64,000 nt of DNA, from the NCBI GenBank assembly GCA_002256025.1, contig NKIB01012713.1, positions 1-64,000 on the forward strand, written 5' to 3'. Shown here one piece after another: positions 22,937 through 35,735 of this stretch; position 1 is the stretch's first letter, and the number at the start of each line of letters is the position of its first letter. The position numbers and the translations under genes are program-made. Origin of the DNA: Asterionella formosa. Its lineage: Eukaryota. Under the pieces are notes generated by a model, which was given only the letters and a program-made list of their open reading frames with translations, did no database searches and had not been told where the DNA came from.

Positions 22937-23792
22937 GTTGTTTGTCGGATTCGTATGCATATGCTATATTCATTCGTTCTCGGGGTCTACGAATATAATA
23001 GAAGCGACCAGCCTCATGTTGACCCGGTGGGATCTGCTCTGGAGGATAACTTTTATGTGAATAATGGTGACGATTGGCTAATAGACTCTGTTATGAAGAA
23101 TCGTCGTGACTCTGGCTTGATGGTATTACCTCTTTGCTTGGGATCGATCTAAAATTCTAGTGTATGTGGAGGCGGAATGCGGAAGGCGGGGAGAAGGACG
23201 AAGAATACTTTTGAAATTGTGCTGTCTTGTGGTTGTTTATACTATACATGCTTCATAAAATTGGGTGTTGTCCCTCATCACTACCGGTATCCTTCCTAGG
23301 TGTCTGCACTGCATTGGATTGGATTATGGTTATGTGTCCGCAAAGACAACGTTTCTGATCGTTACATACCGGTAGGAGTGTAAGTCGATTCTATCATAAA
23401 TTGTCATGCATGCATAGGTAGCGAGCGACATTCAACATTGTCGGATTCCTCTTGGTAGTTAGTATGTACCTGGTACCTGGTAACAGGTAGCAGGTTTTTC
23501 TCCGTATGTATTATGTATGCTGTGGAACATATGGATTACAGGTGTATGTATGTTTGAGGATATCTGGCTATGAGGAATATTTTATATACCGGTATAACAG
23601 CACTACATACCTGGCAGCACCTGTCCAAGTTGCGTTAAATGAGAAAGTTAGCTGTGTTTTCCTTATAGTAAAACCGTCTATACCGCAACTCCCCCTGGTA
23701 CCGGCATGCTCCTAACAATGGCCATAACAAGGAGCAGGACATGAGCTGGCTGAAAACCGGTACCGGTAAATACCGGCATACGCACACCAGCG

Positions 23793-23889
23793 CCAGAGCA
23801 AGTTGCGGTCATTTGCTTAAATAAACAATTGTATCTGGGATAAAGTCAGCTAAATCTTTAGTTCCGCAAAATTACGGCACCTTCTTGCA
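23793..23889 (-). mobile_element. ~90-bp MITE-like element, reverse-orientation copy
   Basis: Aligns with the reverse complement of 50051-50147; terminal GCAAGTTGCGGT. Confidence 0.7.
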
Positions 23890-24034
23890 AGGTATACCGG
23901 TTTTATCATATCAAGAATCCTGGCAATCTCTTGCACTCTGGTTCGAACCAAAGCTGTCCTTGCTCATTGCGAAGGGACTAAAGCTGCCTTCATCACAACC
24001 TTCCACACAGGCAATACCCGGGAAGACCTTGAAA

Positions 24035-26429
24035 ATGTCAGATTCTAAGAAGAAGTTCAATATCAAGGTAACGAAACGTGATCTCGTTCTGAGCGTATCG
24101 TGCGTTCGCGAAGTACCAATTCCTACGTGCGTTTCAAAATTTTGGCTCAGATTTATTTTACATTGAGGTTCTCACTTTGTTTTAGCCCTTTCGACAGCAT
24201 GTTCCCATGGATCAGACAGCCGCGGTGATAACTTGGGACGCTCTTGCTCGAGCCATTGATGAAATTTATAACCGTAACGCGTCGCAATTGTCATTTGAAG
24301 AGCTTTACAGGAATGCATACAATCTCGTTCTTCACAAGCACGGAACTTTGCTCTACGATGGAGTTTCGGATAAGATTTCCTTGCACTTACTAGAAACCGT
24401 GGAACGTCTTGCTGATGTTCCAGATTCAAGCTTGCTGGAAGATATGGCACACACATGGAATGAACATCAAATCACCATGATAATGGTACGAGATATCCTC
24501 ATGTACATGGATAGGACCTATGTACCGGCACAACGGCGGAGGGCTGTTTACGAACTAGGTCTTCATCTCTTTCGGATCACTGTATGGGAGCATCCTCGTG
24601 TGCAACGGCGCGTGACCGAACTGTTGTTGGCAGCTATTTCCTCGGAACGTGCTGGTCTCTTGACTGATGATAGATCGCTGCTCAAGGCCAATCTCGGTAT
24701 GCTGCTCGAACTTGGTCAAGCGGATTATTCAAATGTCTATGAACGCGATTTTGAAATAATTTTTCTGGGAACAACGCAAGAGTTTTACCGTCAAGAGTCC
24801 TTGAGCTATCTTTCAGAAAATACAGCGACCGATTATGTTTCCAAAGCCACAACACGCCTCGACGAAGAAAAGGGTCGCTCCTCTGCATTAGCATTACCCT
24901 CTACAACAGAAATACCGCTTGTACATATCCTAGAAACGGAACTTATTGAACGGCATGCCCGCATACTTGTGGATATGGAGCATTCTGGATTTTCTGCCTT
25001 GCTAAGAGATGATACAAAACTGGAGGAAATGAAGGATATGTATGACCTCTTTGTTCGTGTCCCAGCTTCAGTTGACAATCTTCGTGATGCTCTCGCTGAT
25101 CGTATCAAGACAGAGGGCAAAGCCTTAATAACTGATCAAGAGAAAGGAACTGCGGATGCTTCAACCTTTGTCCGCGGTGTCCTGTCCATGCGAGAACGCT
25201 ATCATAAAGTTGTGAGTTTCAGTTTCCGAGGAGAAAAGAGAGCGCATAAAAGAATGAAGGAGTCTTTCGAAGACTTTTTGAATGAGGATGCGAGAGCTGC
25301 CTCTTGTTTGGCTGTATATGTTGATGAGTTACTTCGAACTGGATTACGAGGTGCCACTGAAGCAGTAGTCAAGGAGGAACTGCAAAAAGTGATTGTAGTC
25401 TTTCGTTACTTGTCAGATAAGGATGTTTTTGAAGCCTTTTACAAACAGCACCTGGCCAAACGCCTGTTGGCTAATCGATCAGTCAGTGACGAAGCAGAGC
25501 GTGCAATGGTTAGCGAACTCAAGGCAGAGTGTGGATTTCAGTTTACCACCAAGTTGGAAGGTATGTTTAATGATATGAGGATTTCAAAGGATATGCGAGA
25601 AAACTACGATGTTTATAAGCGAGGCGAGGAGTCGCAATTGATTGTTGACAAGAAGCCCCTAGATATCGAAGTGGACGTTTTGACACTTGGTAACTGGCCA
25701 TCACAGAGCGTTAAACCGTGCACCCTACCCGAACCAGTTCAGGACGCTATTGAACGATTTGAAAAGTTTTATCTTGAAAAACACACCGGAAGGAAACTAT
25801 CGTGGCAGACATCAGCGGGTCAAGCAGAAATTAGAGCAGTGTTTGGGAATCGACGACATGATCTTTGCGTATCAACGTATCAAATGGCTATCCTACTCTT
25901 GTTTAATGACTCCGACAACCTTACGCTCGGTGAAATTCGAACCAAGACTCAGATTCCTGACAGTGAGCTTCGACGCCATTTAATATCACTGTGCACACCT
26001 AAGTACCGCATTCTTCGAAAGGGAAACAAGGGACGTGGAATCACTTCAGATGACGACGTTTTTACTTTTAACCATGAATACACAAGTAAGCTCAAGCGTG
26101 TCCGTATTCCCCTTGTCAAGGAGACATCTGTCAATTCAAATAATGCTGTACTTGGAGTAGTAGCACAATCCGAAGCTGTACGAGGGGTGGCTATTCCTGC
26201 GGCCGTGGAAGAAGACCGGCGTCACTTAGTGGAGGCTGCAATTGTTCGCATCATGAAAGCGCGCAAGTCCTTACACCACAATGAGCTGGTTGCAGAAGTG
26301 ACGAAGCAATTGAGTGCAAGGTTCCAGGCTTCACCAATCTTTACCAAAAAGCGCATTGAATCGTTGATCGAGAGAGAATACCTAGAACGATGCGAAAGTG
26401 ATCGCCGCGTCTATCAATATGTGGCTTAG
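24035..26429 (+). CDS. CUL3: Cullin-3; exons 24035-24067 and 24186-26429
   Basis: MSDSKKKFNIK|PFRQ across the GT-AG intron at 24068-24185; LSFEELYRNAYNLVLHKHG, RDILMYMDRTYV, DKDVFE, neddylation motif IVRIMKARK, RIESLIEREYLER. Confidence 0.96.
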
Positions 26430-28594
26430 TAGGCAGTTGGGACATGCAGTACTAAGTAATCATTATTAAGTGTCGTGCAGCGATCATCCGATTATCTGCC
26501 TGTCATCTATGGCTAGGAATTGTTTAAACATTGGACACCATACATATACTTTATTCCTGTAGTATTGGAGCAGATTACTCTTGATATTGTCGTTTTAGGA
26601 TAGAGAGGCGGACCAGTAAGTTCATATAAGCAAGACTTATTCTATTAGGTGCACTTTGGTCCATGTCACCATTCGAACCCACTAGGATGAAATCGACGCC
26701 CTTATAAATTACAAAAACAGTTGCTTGCGGACTTGCATTCATTCTATTTTTCTTGATGCACTGTCAACACATACATGGAACCATAATGTAGACCCTAGTT
26801 GTGGTTCAAACTCGATATGATCAAAAGGGTAATTGATTTTGCTGATAAAAAATATCCGTTTTCAGCACTATCACAGGAAAGAAACTCAGGGGTCAATATA
26901 GGCCAATTGAAATTATATCTATTCCTTCATTTAGTAGTCTAGAGTTTTAAATTTTCTGTTGAGGGAAAGTGGAAGGCCAAAAAGCTTCCATGATTCAGAA
27001 AGAGGTGAAGGAAATAAAAAATGAACATCATTATGTTGGAGTTTTGTACTTGCAATATTCATGCTCCTTTTCATAGTAGCCACTTTTGCAGGTTAACGAT
27101 ATTGCCATAGCCACCCCCAACAGCTTGCTTCGTCTAAGAACCAACATCCATGATATTTTGGACATGGAATTTCTTGATCCAGGGAAATGCCAACACTTAA
27201 CTCCAGCATTACAAATTTATTGAAATCATTCAAGCCAGCAATATCATCACTACCCACCAAGGTACGATGTATAGTTGCCAAATCCTCCATAATTATGGAT
27301 TGATGGACATGAAACCATCCTACCTTCCTTTGACAGACAATGAACACATCAAAGCCCTTGACATCATCCTGTGTCCCTCTCAATCCCTACAGTTCTTCAT
27401 TATCATGCAGTCAATTGAATCGTTAAAGATCTTTATGGCATTCTGGACCATGACATCCTGTCCACCTTCATCTCATACTAATGACCTTCATTGATTATTT
27501 TTCCATTCTCAGCTTGTGACCCTGCTGATCAACATCAAGAAAAGCCATGATGTCTTTGATCCTAGTAAACAATGTTCTCCTTGCTTGTGCTGAATTGGTT
27601 TTGTTCACCCTGATTGCTGGGCTGCTACTGACATTAGACATCCACAACATCATTAAATTTTTGGCATTGTCATCAAACCTGCATTCCATTTAATTTGAAT
27701 CTCTCCAGAAAATGATGCAGGTAGCTAAGTTGGTACTTTTTCTCTGCTCCATCCTTGATTAACTTCATGTCCCACAGACATTTGCCACCCCCTCTATGAA
27801 GCTAGAAATTGTGCTGCATCATGCTCCTGGCAAAAAATATTTATATCTGGGAATATGCTGTCACTGAGTGGGTGGAGGAGTATGAGCTGGTTGCTCTTGC
27901 TAAGAAAACTGGTGGCAATCTGCTTTTTGCCTGGTATCTCCTTGACAACATCTTGCCCCACCCCTAGCTAGTAGTAGTGCTACGATATATGATTCATATG
28001 TTATGATTGCTTCATCTTTGTTCCTCAAGAATGAATTCTGTGGCTAAAAACTCTCTGTAGAGAATTTATCTTGATTGAATGTAGTAGTCATGGTGTCGGC
28101 CATCTGTCACCAGCTGACAGCCCCACATAATATGTTCAGTGTTGTTGCTTCGCTGACAGGCCATTTATGATCTTCGCATTAGTTTTAAGCTCTGTTGCTC
28201 ATCGTCCTATGTCCTGGTTTGCGATGTTGGCGACTTTTTTGTTTGGTTTCTCGCTGTTGGCAAACCCTGCCATTGGAGCAAGAAAAGGGGGTTCAGTGTG
28301 GTCTAATGCCTTTTCAGTCGTCTGTCCTACATTCCTCATCATTTTCATGTCCGGGCTACATACCGCGTATAACAGTACTCCTTTTCTCATTTCATTCATA
28401 TTCGCTCCACCTTTTCTGCTACTCCTCGTGAATTCAAGTTCTTGCATTCGCAACAAGGATCACGTGAACATATTTGTCAACTACCGGTACCAGTGCTACA
28501 ATACTAGTCATTGTGGGATCTACTGCTGTGTTTAAGGTGTTGTCGTATAGTTAGACTAAGCACTAGCATTCACCAGAAAGAGGAGATTAAAAAA

Positions 28595-31108
28595 ATGAAG
28601 CCATCGAGAAAAGCTTTGAATAATGGTTTTAGGCTACTATCGCCATCACGGTTGATGCCGGTTTTCGATGCAGAGAGGTTCGTATTGGGGCAGTCGAGAT
28701 GCAAAATTCGAGCAAACAATATATTGCAGAACATCCTACAGCAGACTTTAATTACTCGTTCAACAGAGACGATTCGCCATCGATCAACATCATCACAAGC
28801 GATGCAGGATCAGTGGAAGGGAGCTACTCAGCGACTGATGGATACGGAGATTGGCAAATTAAGTGCACAGTGCGTGCAAGAAATGGTCAAATTAATACAG
28901 TCATGGTCACAGCTGCATATAGAAGAAGGAACTGTTTTCGCATGGAATCTACTGGATCGCTTATTACGAGAAGACCCCATATTACCGGATCAAACCATGG
29001 CTGTGTTGACATCCAAGGCAATTGGTGCTCTTGTACACAGCTGGGTTGTGGCTCCAAATCATTTGTCACCAATTGAAGTGAATTCAATAATAAAGCTATG
29101 TGAAAAAAGGATTCCGACTCTTTGGGTCGATGTTGTAACATTGAACATGATCATTGATGCTGCTATCAAAAGGGGTGACCCTGATTCTCATGTGATCGCA
29201 GATGCAATTATCGATCGACTCGTTCAAGGCGACAGTCCAACAAGACCAACTACTATTCTATTCAATACAGCCATCAATGCACATGCCAAGAGTAACGCTA
29301 TCAATGCTCCAGAACGAGCCGAGCAATTGCTTCAGAATATGCGAGAAATGACGGACCAGGGGTGGTCAGAAGTCGCTCCTGATAGTGTTACCTTCGGAAC
29401 TCTCATCTCCACGTGGACAAACAGCGGGCATCCACAGGCTGCAAAGCGGGCAGAAGAACTGTTAATGGAATCACCAGATACTCAGAGTTCTACTTTTAAT
29501 GCAGTAATGCATGCGTGGGCCAAAACTGAAGGCCAAGAACGACAGGGACTTGATCGATGTTTGGAGATTTTTAAATTTATGAAAAAACAATACAGTTCAG
29601 GTCAAAGTCCAGCGATCCCAAATGCTATAAGCTATGCTATCATCATTGGACTTCTCGCGAAACAAGGGAGAGCGAGAGAAGCAGAGGACTACGTTATGGA
29701 ACTTACGTCGGAGTATGAAAAATCTTCGGATCCTGATTTGGCTCCGTCAAGAATCCAGTTCAATTCGCTCATTGATGCATGGTCTAGGTCCCGGGACCGA
29801 GACGCGCCTAGAAGAGTGCACGGAATTTTTCGTAAAATGCAGCAAGTTGCAGCGCAAACAGGAAATGCTGATCTTGAGCCAGACGTTGTCACATATACTT
29901 CTGTTTTGCAGACTTTAGCCATAAGTAGGGACAGAGACGCTGCCCCACGTGCTGATGCCATTTTAAAGAATATGTGGGATCTTTACAACGCGGGGAATAC
30001 TAGCTCCAAGCCTAACACTCGTACGTACAATAAAGTGTTGGACTGCTGGTTGCATTCTAGGTCGAACGATGCCCCTCTGAGAGCCGAAGAGCTCCTGAGG
30101 TCAATGCAAAAATATAGCCACGCCGGAGACGACTATCTCCAACCAGACACGACAACATATGCTCTGGTAATAAATATTTGGTCGAAAAGCGGGGCCTTGG
30201 ACGCTCCAGAGCGGGTTGAAACATTAATTGACGAGATGGAGCTGCTTTCTACCGACCAAACTAAGCCAGTGGCGCTCAACAAAATTCTATTCAACATGGC
30301 AATCATAACTTGGTCTCGAAGCGGAAGGAAAGATTCTTTGGAACGAGCAGAGAAGCTATTTAAACGGTTAGAACGACTAGCGGAGGCTGGTTGGGAGGAT
30401 ATGCAACCAAATACGGGCGTTTTCAATGCAATGCTGTCCGTGCTTGCAAAAAGCCGCGATCCATTGGCATACGAGAAGGCAAATAAGTATATTTCTCAAC
30501 TGAAAGAACGTTACAAACGTGGAGATCCAGATTGCAAACCCGATACAATTACTTACAGCACGACACTGGACGTTCTTTCCAACAGTGGCGAACAGGATAG
30601 CTTAACGAAAATTATGGCCACGCTTGATGAAATGAAGTCTTTTCGTTGCAAGCCGGATCTGATCACATTCAATTGTATGGTGAAATGCTTATCTCGCGAT
30701 CAAAGAAAGGACAAAGCCGAAGTTGCCTGGAAACATGTGAACATGATTGAACGAGAATACTCTCTGTCGCCAAAGACACGTACTCTAAATGAGGTCTTAT
30801 CAGCATGTGCTCGTTCTGATAAATATGATTTGGCTACACGTGAAAAAGCCTTCGATATTGCCACACTTACTCTTCGACGAATCTTGCATGAGAATGAACC
30901 GGATGCCTTTTCATTTTGTTTGTTCTTCAATGCAGCAGCGGGTTTGCAGCATACCAAAGACGTCGAGAGTGCATGGAACGTTTGCTGTCAGCGGGGGTTT
31001 CAAAACAACGCTATGATCATAAGGGCGATGCAAATGACTGCACCCCAATTTTTGTTGGGACACGCCAGGGGCATTCCTATGCCATCAACACTTAATCCTG
31101 TCGAATAA
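28595..31108 (+). CDS. Pentatricopeptide repeat (PPR) protein, probably organelle-targeted
   Basis: Many repeats of the type PDxxTY/FNxxIxAWS(K/R)S...A.RAExLL..M. First ATG at 28595; basic N-terminus. Confidence 0.9.
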   Translation: MKPSRKALNNGFRLLSPSRLMPVFDAERFVLGQSRCKIRANNILQNILQQTLITRSTETIRHRSTSSQAMQDQWKGATQRLMDTEIGKLSAQCVQEMVKLIQSWSQLHIEEGTVFAWNLLDRLLREDPILPDQTMAVLTSKAIGALVHSWVVAPNHLSPIEVNSIIKLCEKRIPTLWVDVVTLNMIIDAAIKRGDPDSHVIADAIIDRLVQGDSPTRPTTILFNTAINAHAKSNAINAPERAEQLLQNMREMTDQGWSEVAPDSVTFGTLISTWTNSGHPQAAKRAEELLMESPDTQSSTFNAVMHAWAKTEGQERQGLDRCLEIFKFMKKQYSSGQSPAIPNAISYAIIIGLLAKQGRAREAEDYVMELTSEYEKSSDPDLAPSRIQFNSLIDAWSRSRDRDAPRRVHGIFRKMQQVAAQTGNADLEPDVVTYTSVLQTLAISRDRDAAPRADAILKNMWDLYNAGNTSSKPNTRTYNKVLDCWLHSRSNDAPLRAEELLRSMQKYSHAGDDYLQPDTTTYALVINIWSKSGALDAPERVETLIDEMELLSTDQTKPVALNKILFNMAIITWSRSGRKDSLERAEKLFKRLERLAEAGWEDMQPNTGVFNAMLSVLAKSRDPLAYEKANKYISQLKERYKRGDPDCKPDTITYSTTLDVLSNSGEQDSLTKIMATLDEMKSFRCKPDLITFNCMVKCLSRDQRKDKAEVAWKHVNMIEREYSLSPKTRTLNEVLSACARSDKYDLATREKAFDIATLTLRRILHENEPDAFSFCLFFNAAAGLQHTKDVESAWNVCCQRGFQNNAMIIRAMQMTAPQFLLGHARGIPMPSTLNPVE

Positions 31109-32462
31109 TCTCGTTTCAGTTGGTGGAGCTGTGGCTTTGTCATCTCAGGTACATGGAATAACAAGGATTCTCTTTTATCTTTGCTTTATTCACGTACTGG
31201 TTCTAACTAGACTAACCACTGGATCAAATTGTGCATGAATTCCACTCTATGGCCTTATGATGGTATCCTTGACCACAGTGATTTCTCTATCAAATCTGAT
31301 AACTATTACTCTTAAGTAAACCCTGTGTTTTGGAATTGTCAGAGCATGAGTGATTCAGTGTGCTGGTCCAATAGAGAAAACTATTACATACACTACTACC
31401 AATTGGACCCTGGTGGTATTAGGTATCAACAAGGAGGCATGACTGCTACAATGTACAAGGGGCATAGTGGTGAAAAATTGGTAGAATTTTTTTAAAGGTT
31501 TGAGCCAACCCCAAAGGGCAATGACATCCGTTGTAAAGCATTGAACATTCAATCCTCCTGAATGGTTCAGAGTCCTGGGGACAAAGAACATGTTACATAG
31601 GCTACTATAGAGGTTTCACTGACAATGTTCCTGTTCTGTAATTGGCAGGCACATTTGGATGGACGTGAATGGTTATGGTCTGGTAATCCCTGTTTTGTGT
31701 GCACCTTTTCAAATTTGAGTCCTTCCAGATGATTTGTGCCATGTCTGTCAGTTGAAATGGACCTGTTTACAATTATAACTTGCTGAAGAAACTCATAAAT
31801 CAGCTATTTTTTTAAACATTGGACAATTTGCAGATCAATTGTTCCAAATTGTCTTCTAGTTGCTGAAAGGTTCAGTATGTGACAAATTGCTGAACATGTT
31901 TCAGTGAATCATCTTCAAGTTGCTGCAATGGAAATGGAACTGCTGAACTTCTGCAACAGTGAGGATTAATTTCATGATAGTAGCTGCTAATGAAGCTGCA
32001 TATATTTATTCGAAATGAAGCCATTCAAGCCAGCCTATGACTTGTGCGCTTGTCACTTGATTGAAATCAGCACATGATCAAATATACTAAACCTTTCTTT
32101 GGTAAAACTGTTGGTGGAGCACAAGTCATGCAATACATGTATTCAACAACAAATGATACTGGGAGGGGGTTTCAGATGATGGAATGGCTGTAGTATGCAG
32201 AGAATTCATAGATTACCTGGAAGGTCCGGTTGTGCACATTTATGCACACCTTTTACTTTCAATGCACTCCCAATGGATTGACTCATGCCTGGTGCCAGAC
32301 CAGATAGGCCAGCTTTTGATGAAAATAATATTTCTTAAGTAATTTAGGAAAATGAAACTCTTATTGACCAATGACAAGTGAGTCTCCAAACATGACTTGG
32401 ATTTGCTAACTGATAAATGAGTTCAGGAAACTGTCTTTTACATGTAAGCCATGAAATAAGCC

Positions 32463-32858
32463 ACTTTTCGAAATTTCGTCTATGTACGAGTGTTAATTAG
32501 TATGTTGTACTTCACATGCATTAATGCCACTCTTCACCTAAATAAGATTACTTTTAACGGTTTCATGTGAAGTTTTAACTGTTTCATGTGAAGTTTTCAC
32601 AATGAATTTTGAACGCAAGACTGAATTAGTTGATGTTTCAAATAATTCATTTGACTTTTCGAAATTTCGTCTATGTATGAGTGTTAATTATGTGGTACTT
32701 CACATGCATTAATGCCATTCACGTAAAAAGGTTACTTTTAACGGTTTCATGTGAAGTTTTAACGGTTTCATGTGAAGTTTTAACTGTTTCATGTGAAGTT
32801 TTCACAATGAATTTTGAACGCGAGACTGAATTAGTTGATGTTTCAAATAATTCATTTG
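32463..32858 (+). repeat. Tandem duplication (~190 and ~205 bp) with a nested 21-bp unit
   Basis: Copies at 32463-32653 and 32654-32858. The unit TTTTAAC(G/T)GTTTCATGTGAAG occurs 2x in copy 1 and 3x in copy 2. Confidence 0.95.
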
Positions 32859-33116
32859 AAAGTTCAACTAAGATCCTGCTCTTGAGGCTAATACATTCAC
32901 AACACGCATTTTACTTAATGAAATAGTAAGGATATTATTGCGCCAGTTAAATTCATAAAAGCAATATTATGATAACTAGGTATGCTGTGCATCAACACAT
33001 CACAAGCATTGATTGTCTCCAATAGTACTTAGAAGTGCTGTCACTAGTAGCAGACCACAATGATTTTGTTGTTTTAACAAACTATGTGTTAACTTGACTT
33101 TTGCCATACCACCACC

Positions 33117-33626
33117 ATGTGGGCTAATCGACACAATTCTGCATCGTTGTCTGATACAGACTCCATACCAGACAATCTTGCATCGGATAGATACGACGAT
33201 TATCAACTTGAGGAGAATAATGAATCGGAAGAGAGTGTCAAAGGAGATGGGAGGTTGACAGCTGAACAAGAAAGAGATAAACTCCAAATTCTATTGTCTG
33301 AGAGTTCACAGGAAATCAAACGCCTACGTGAATTTGCAGCTGAAAACAACCGTTTAACAATTGGAGTAGTAGTAGGTAGAATTGGCCAGTGCAAACATTG
33401 GACAAACCTTCTGGCTAGCTGGTTCAGAGAGGAATTGTTTCCAAAAGTTAAATTCGTCACAGGTGATTATGATTTGGAAATTAGGGAACCCGACAGCATT
33501 GCTGGTGCTGTTCGTTATCATTTCCCATCACTCAGAAATGGTACTGACGAAGATTTTGAATCATTTAGGTTCACATATCAATGCGGCCAACAGCCAATCA
33601 CCCCCTACTGGCTCTTCAGCAGCTAG
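33117..33626 (+). CDS. Hypothetical protein, probably a truncated transposon accessory ORF
   Basis: 169 aa with an acidic region, a coiled coil and WFREELFPKVKFV. It sits inside the repeat-bounded segment, and the sequence loses coding character after DFESF. Confidence 0.4.
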   Translation: MWANRHNSASLSDTDSIPDNLASDRYDDYQLEENNESEESVKGDGRLTAEQERDKLQILLSESSQEIKRLREFAAENNRLTIGVVVGRIGQCKHWTNLLASWFREELFPKVKFVTGDYDLEIREPDSIAGAVRYHFPSLRNGTDEDFESFRFTYQCGQQPITPYWLFSS

Positions 33627-33633
33627 ATTAACA

Positions 33634-34307
33634 TGTTTTTGTTGTGTATCTAAATGCTAGTATGGCTTGTCAGCTCACGCATTGTTGTTGACAACAGACA
33701 GGGACAATGAGGTCCGGAATGAAAGTTGTTCTGGTAAGATTACTGCGCTATTTTGACGGCTATATGAGCAATGCTACTGATAACTCACACTGATCTTCCT
33801 CTACATTCAATTGACATTGCAGCAAACCCTTTCAATTCAGGAGCATTCGTATGAAATCCAGGATTGAGTATTGTTGCTTTCTGATTTTGTGTTAATGTCA
33901 TATGATAACAGGGCTCCTCCATAAATCATGAGTTGTTAGTGTGCCTTGGCGTGCTGTTTGTCATGCTGCCAGCTGCTGCTGTATTTCTACTGAATTATTG
34001 AACGACTATGCGAATCTTTATGTGCCAGCAGCTACCTCGACTCAAATAAAAGAACTCTGCAATACAGTTGAATGGTGCTGAGTGTGTTTTTGTTGTGTAC
34101 CTAAATGCTAGTATGGTTTGTCAGCTCATGAATTGTTGTTGACATCAGGCACGGACAATGAGGTCCGCAATGATAGTTGTTCTGGTAAGATTACTGCGCT
34201 ATTTTGACGGCTATATGAGCAACAACGCTACTGATAACTCACACTGATTTTCCTCTACATTCAATTGACATTGCACTAAACCCTTTCAGCGCAGGAGCAT
34301 TCGCATG
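33634..34307 (+). repeat. ~220-bp direct repeat pair (33634-33853 and 34085-34307)
   Basis: Highly similar copies, for example the shared GTTCTGGTAAGATTACTGCGCTATTTTGACGGCTATATGAGCAA. Confidence 0.95.
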
Positions 34308-34851
34308 CCGTTCCAAATGAGCAGGCTTTATTTCATTAATGAAACTCTTTAATTTAGTTGAATTACCTACAGTAAAATAGTTGAACAAACATAAGAAAGA
34401 TAGTGGAATGGCCTTCAGATAATTAGTTGAACAACATTGTGATAATTAGTTGAATGAACTCCAGAAAATTACGTAAACAAATTTTAAATATTAAGTGAAC
34501 TTTATTCTAGAATTATGTGAACGAAATTATAAGGCAATGTGAACTAAATTTCAGAATTAAGTGAAGTATTTCAAATAATTACTTGATGTATTTCAAATAA
34601 TTACATGAAGGTGATGACGTAACATAGTGATGATCAGGAATGCATGCATGATACTTTGATCAAATATTTAACATGATGTATTCAGATAATATATAGATAT
34701 ATTCAACTACGTATTTTGATGTATTCAACTAATTCATGTGATGCATTCAAAATCAACTACTAGGCTTATTTATGTGATGGTCACTTCACGTAGCTAATAC
34801 GCGGCTTAGATGTAGCTTCAGAATCTACATAGAAATCCTACCTTTCTACAT

Positions 34852-34998
34852 TTAGATCTTGCTGACAATATGCTGACAATGGCTAGAATTTTTTGACAAT
34901 GACTAGAATTTGCACACAATTACCAAAATTTTCTGACTACAACTAGAACTTTATGACTACGACTAGAACTAGCGAATAAGAATAGATTGTCTGAATAA
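34852..34998 (+). repeat. Degenerate 21-bp minisatellite, array 1
   Basis: Units approximating CTAGAATTTGCTGACAATGA recur every ~21 nt. Confidence 0.75.
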
Positions 34999-35264
34999 CC
35001 CTTATTTCCATGAAGTATAACAAAACCACTACCCCCTGATTGCCTTGCTGCCAATACAACATATAAGCATATGTAACATTATATGTATATACATGGTCAC
35101 AGTCATTATCTCGTCAGATGCAATAGCCAACTGAGGTACCACTATATTATTTGCAATGATAGCATCCATATATCACATATTACATAGCTATAAACCATGG
35201 CGAAGTAGGATACTATTATATATTTTCAGGGTACCTGGTACCCAAGGTAGCCCTTAAAGAAGTA

Positions 35265-35610
35265 GCTATAATCATTTATTTTAGATGTTGGGATTTTTCT
35301 GTATATAAATGCTAGAGTGTAGTTGTCATGCGCAGCTGGAGAATCTTGCATCATGCCGCCATCTCTGCCTTGGCTGGTGACTATATCGAAAATAACGAAT
35401 TTCTCCATGGAAAATGAAAACAATGCTATGCTATCTGGTGAATATATCTAACACAAAATAGATAATAAAATCATAAAAATAATTGTAATAACACTTATAT
35501 TGACAACGAAAATTGAAGTCACCAATGGCACATTGCTTCACATAGTTTAGATGATGCACAATTCAGAATGATGAAGTCATGAACAGGTTTGACACTTTTA
35601 CAGTACACAG
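35265..35610 (+). repeat. Dispersed repeat copy 3
   Basis: GCAGCTGGAGAATC, ACGAATT..CTCCA and TGACAACGAAAATTGA shared with ~10255-10510; the 3' part is shared with 5974-6130. Confidence 0.65.
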
Positions 35611-35735
35611 CATGCTACACTACACGAAATTTTGTTTAATTCTCTATTTAAGTAATGTCGATTAATAGTCCATTGACATTTTCAAATGAATCATTTGTTC
35701 ATAATTGCTGATCCAGCTGGTAACTACATGCAACT

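Larger units (their letters stand above)
32441..34812. mobile_element. Candidate internally decayed DNA transposon with short TIRs, TA flanks and subterminal repeats
   Basis: Left end TA|CATGTAAGCC, right end GGCTTAGATG|TA. A second inverted match exists (AAATAAGCC / GGCTTATTT). AATTAGTTGA and TTTCAAATAATT motifs recur near both ends, and there is an internal ORF remnant. Confidence 0.45.

Noticed and set aside
26850..28000. Possible decayed minus-strand coding or transposon sequence
   Set aside because: Short broken frames with no motif I can identify; needs a translated search.
31330..32430. Possible decayed transposase or zinc-finger remnant
   Set aside because: Cys/His-containing fragments in broken frames, but no recognisable family signature.
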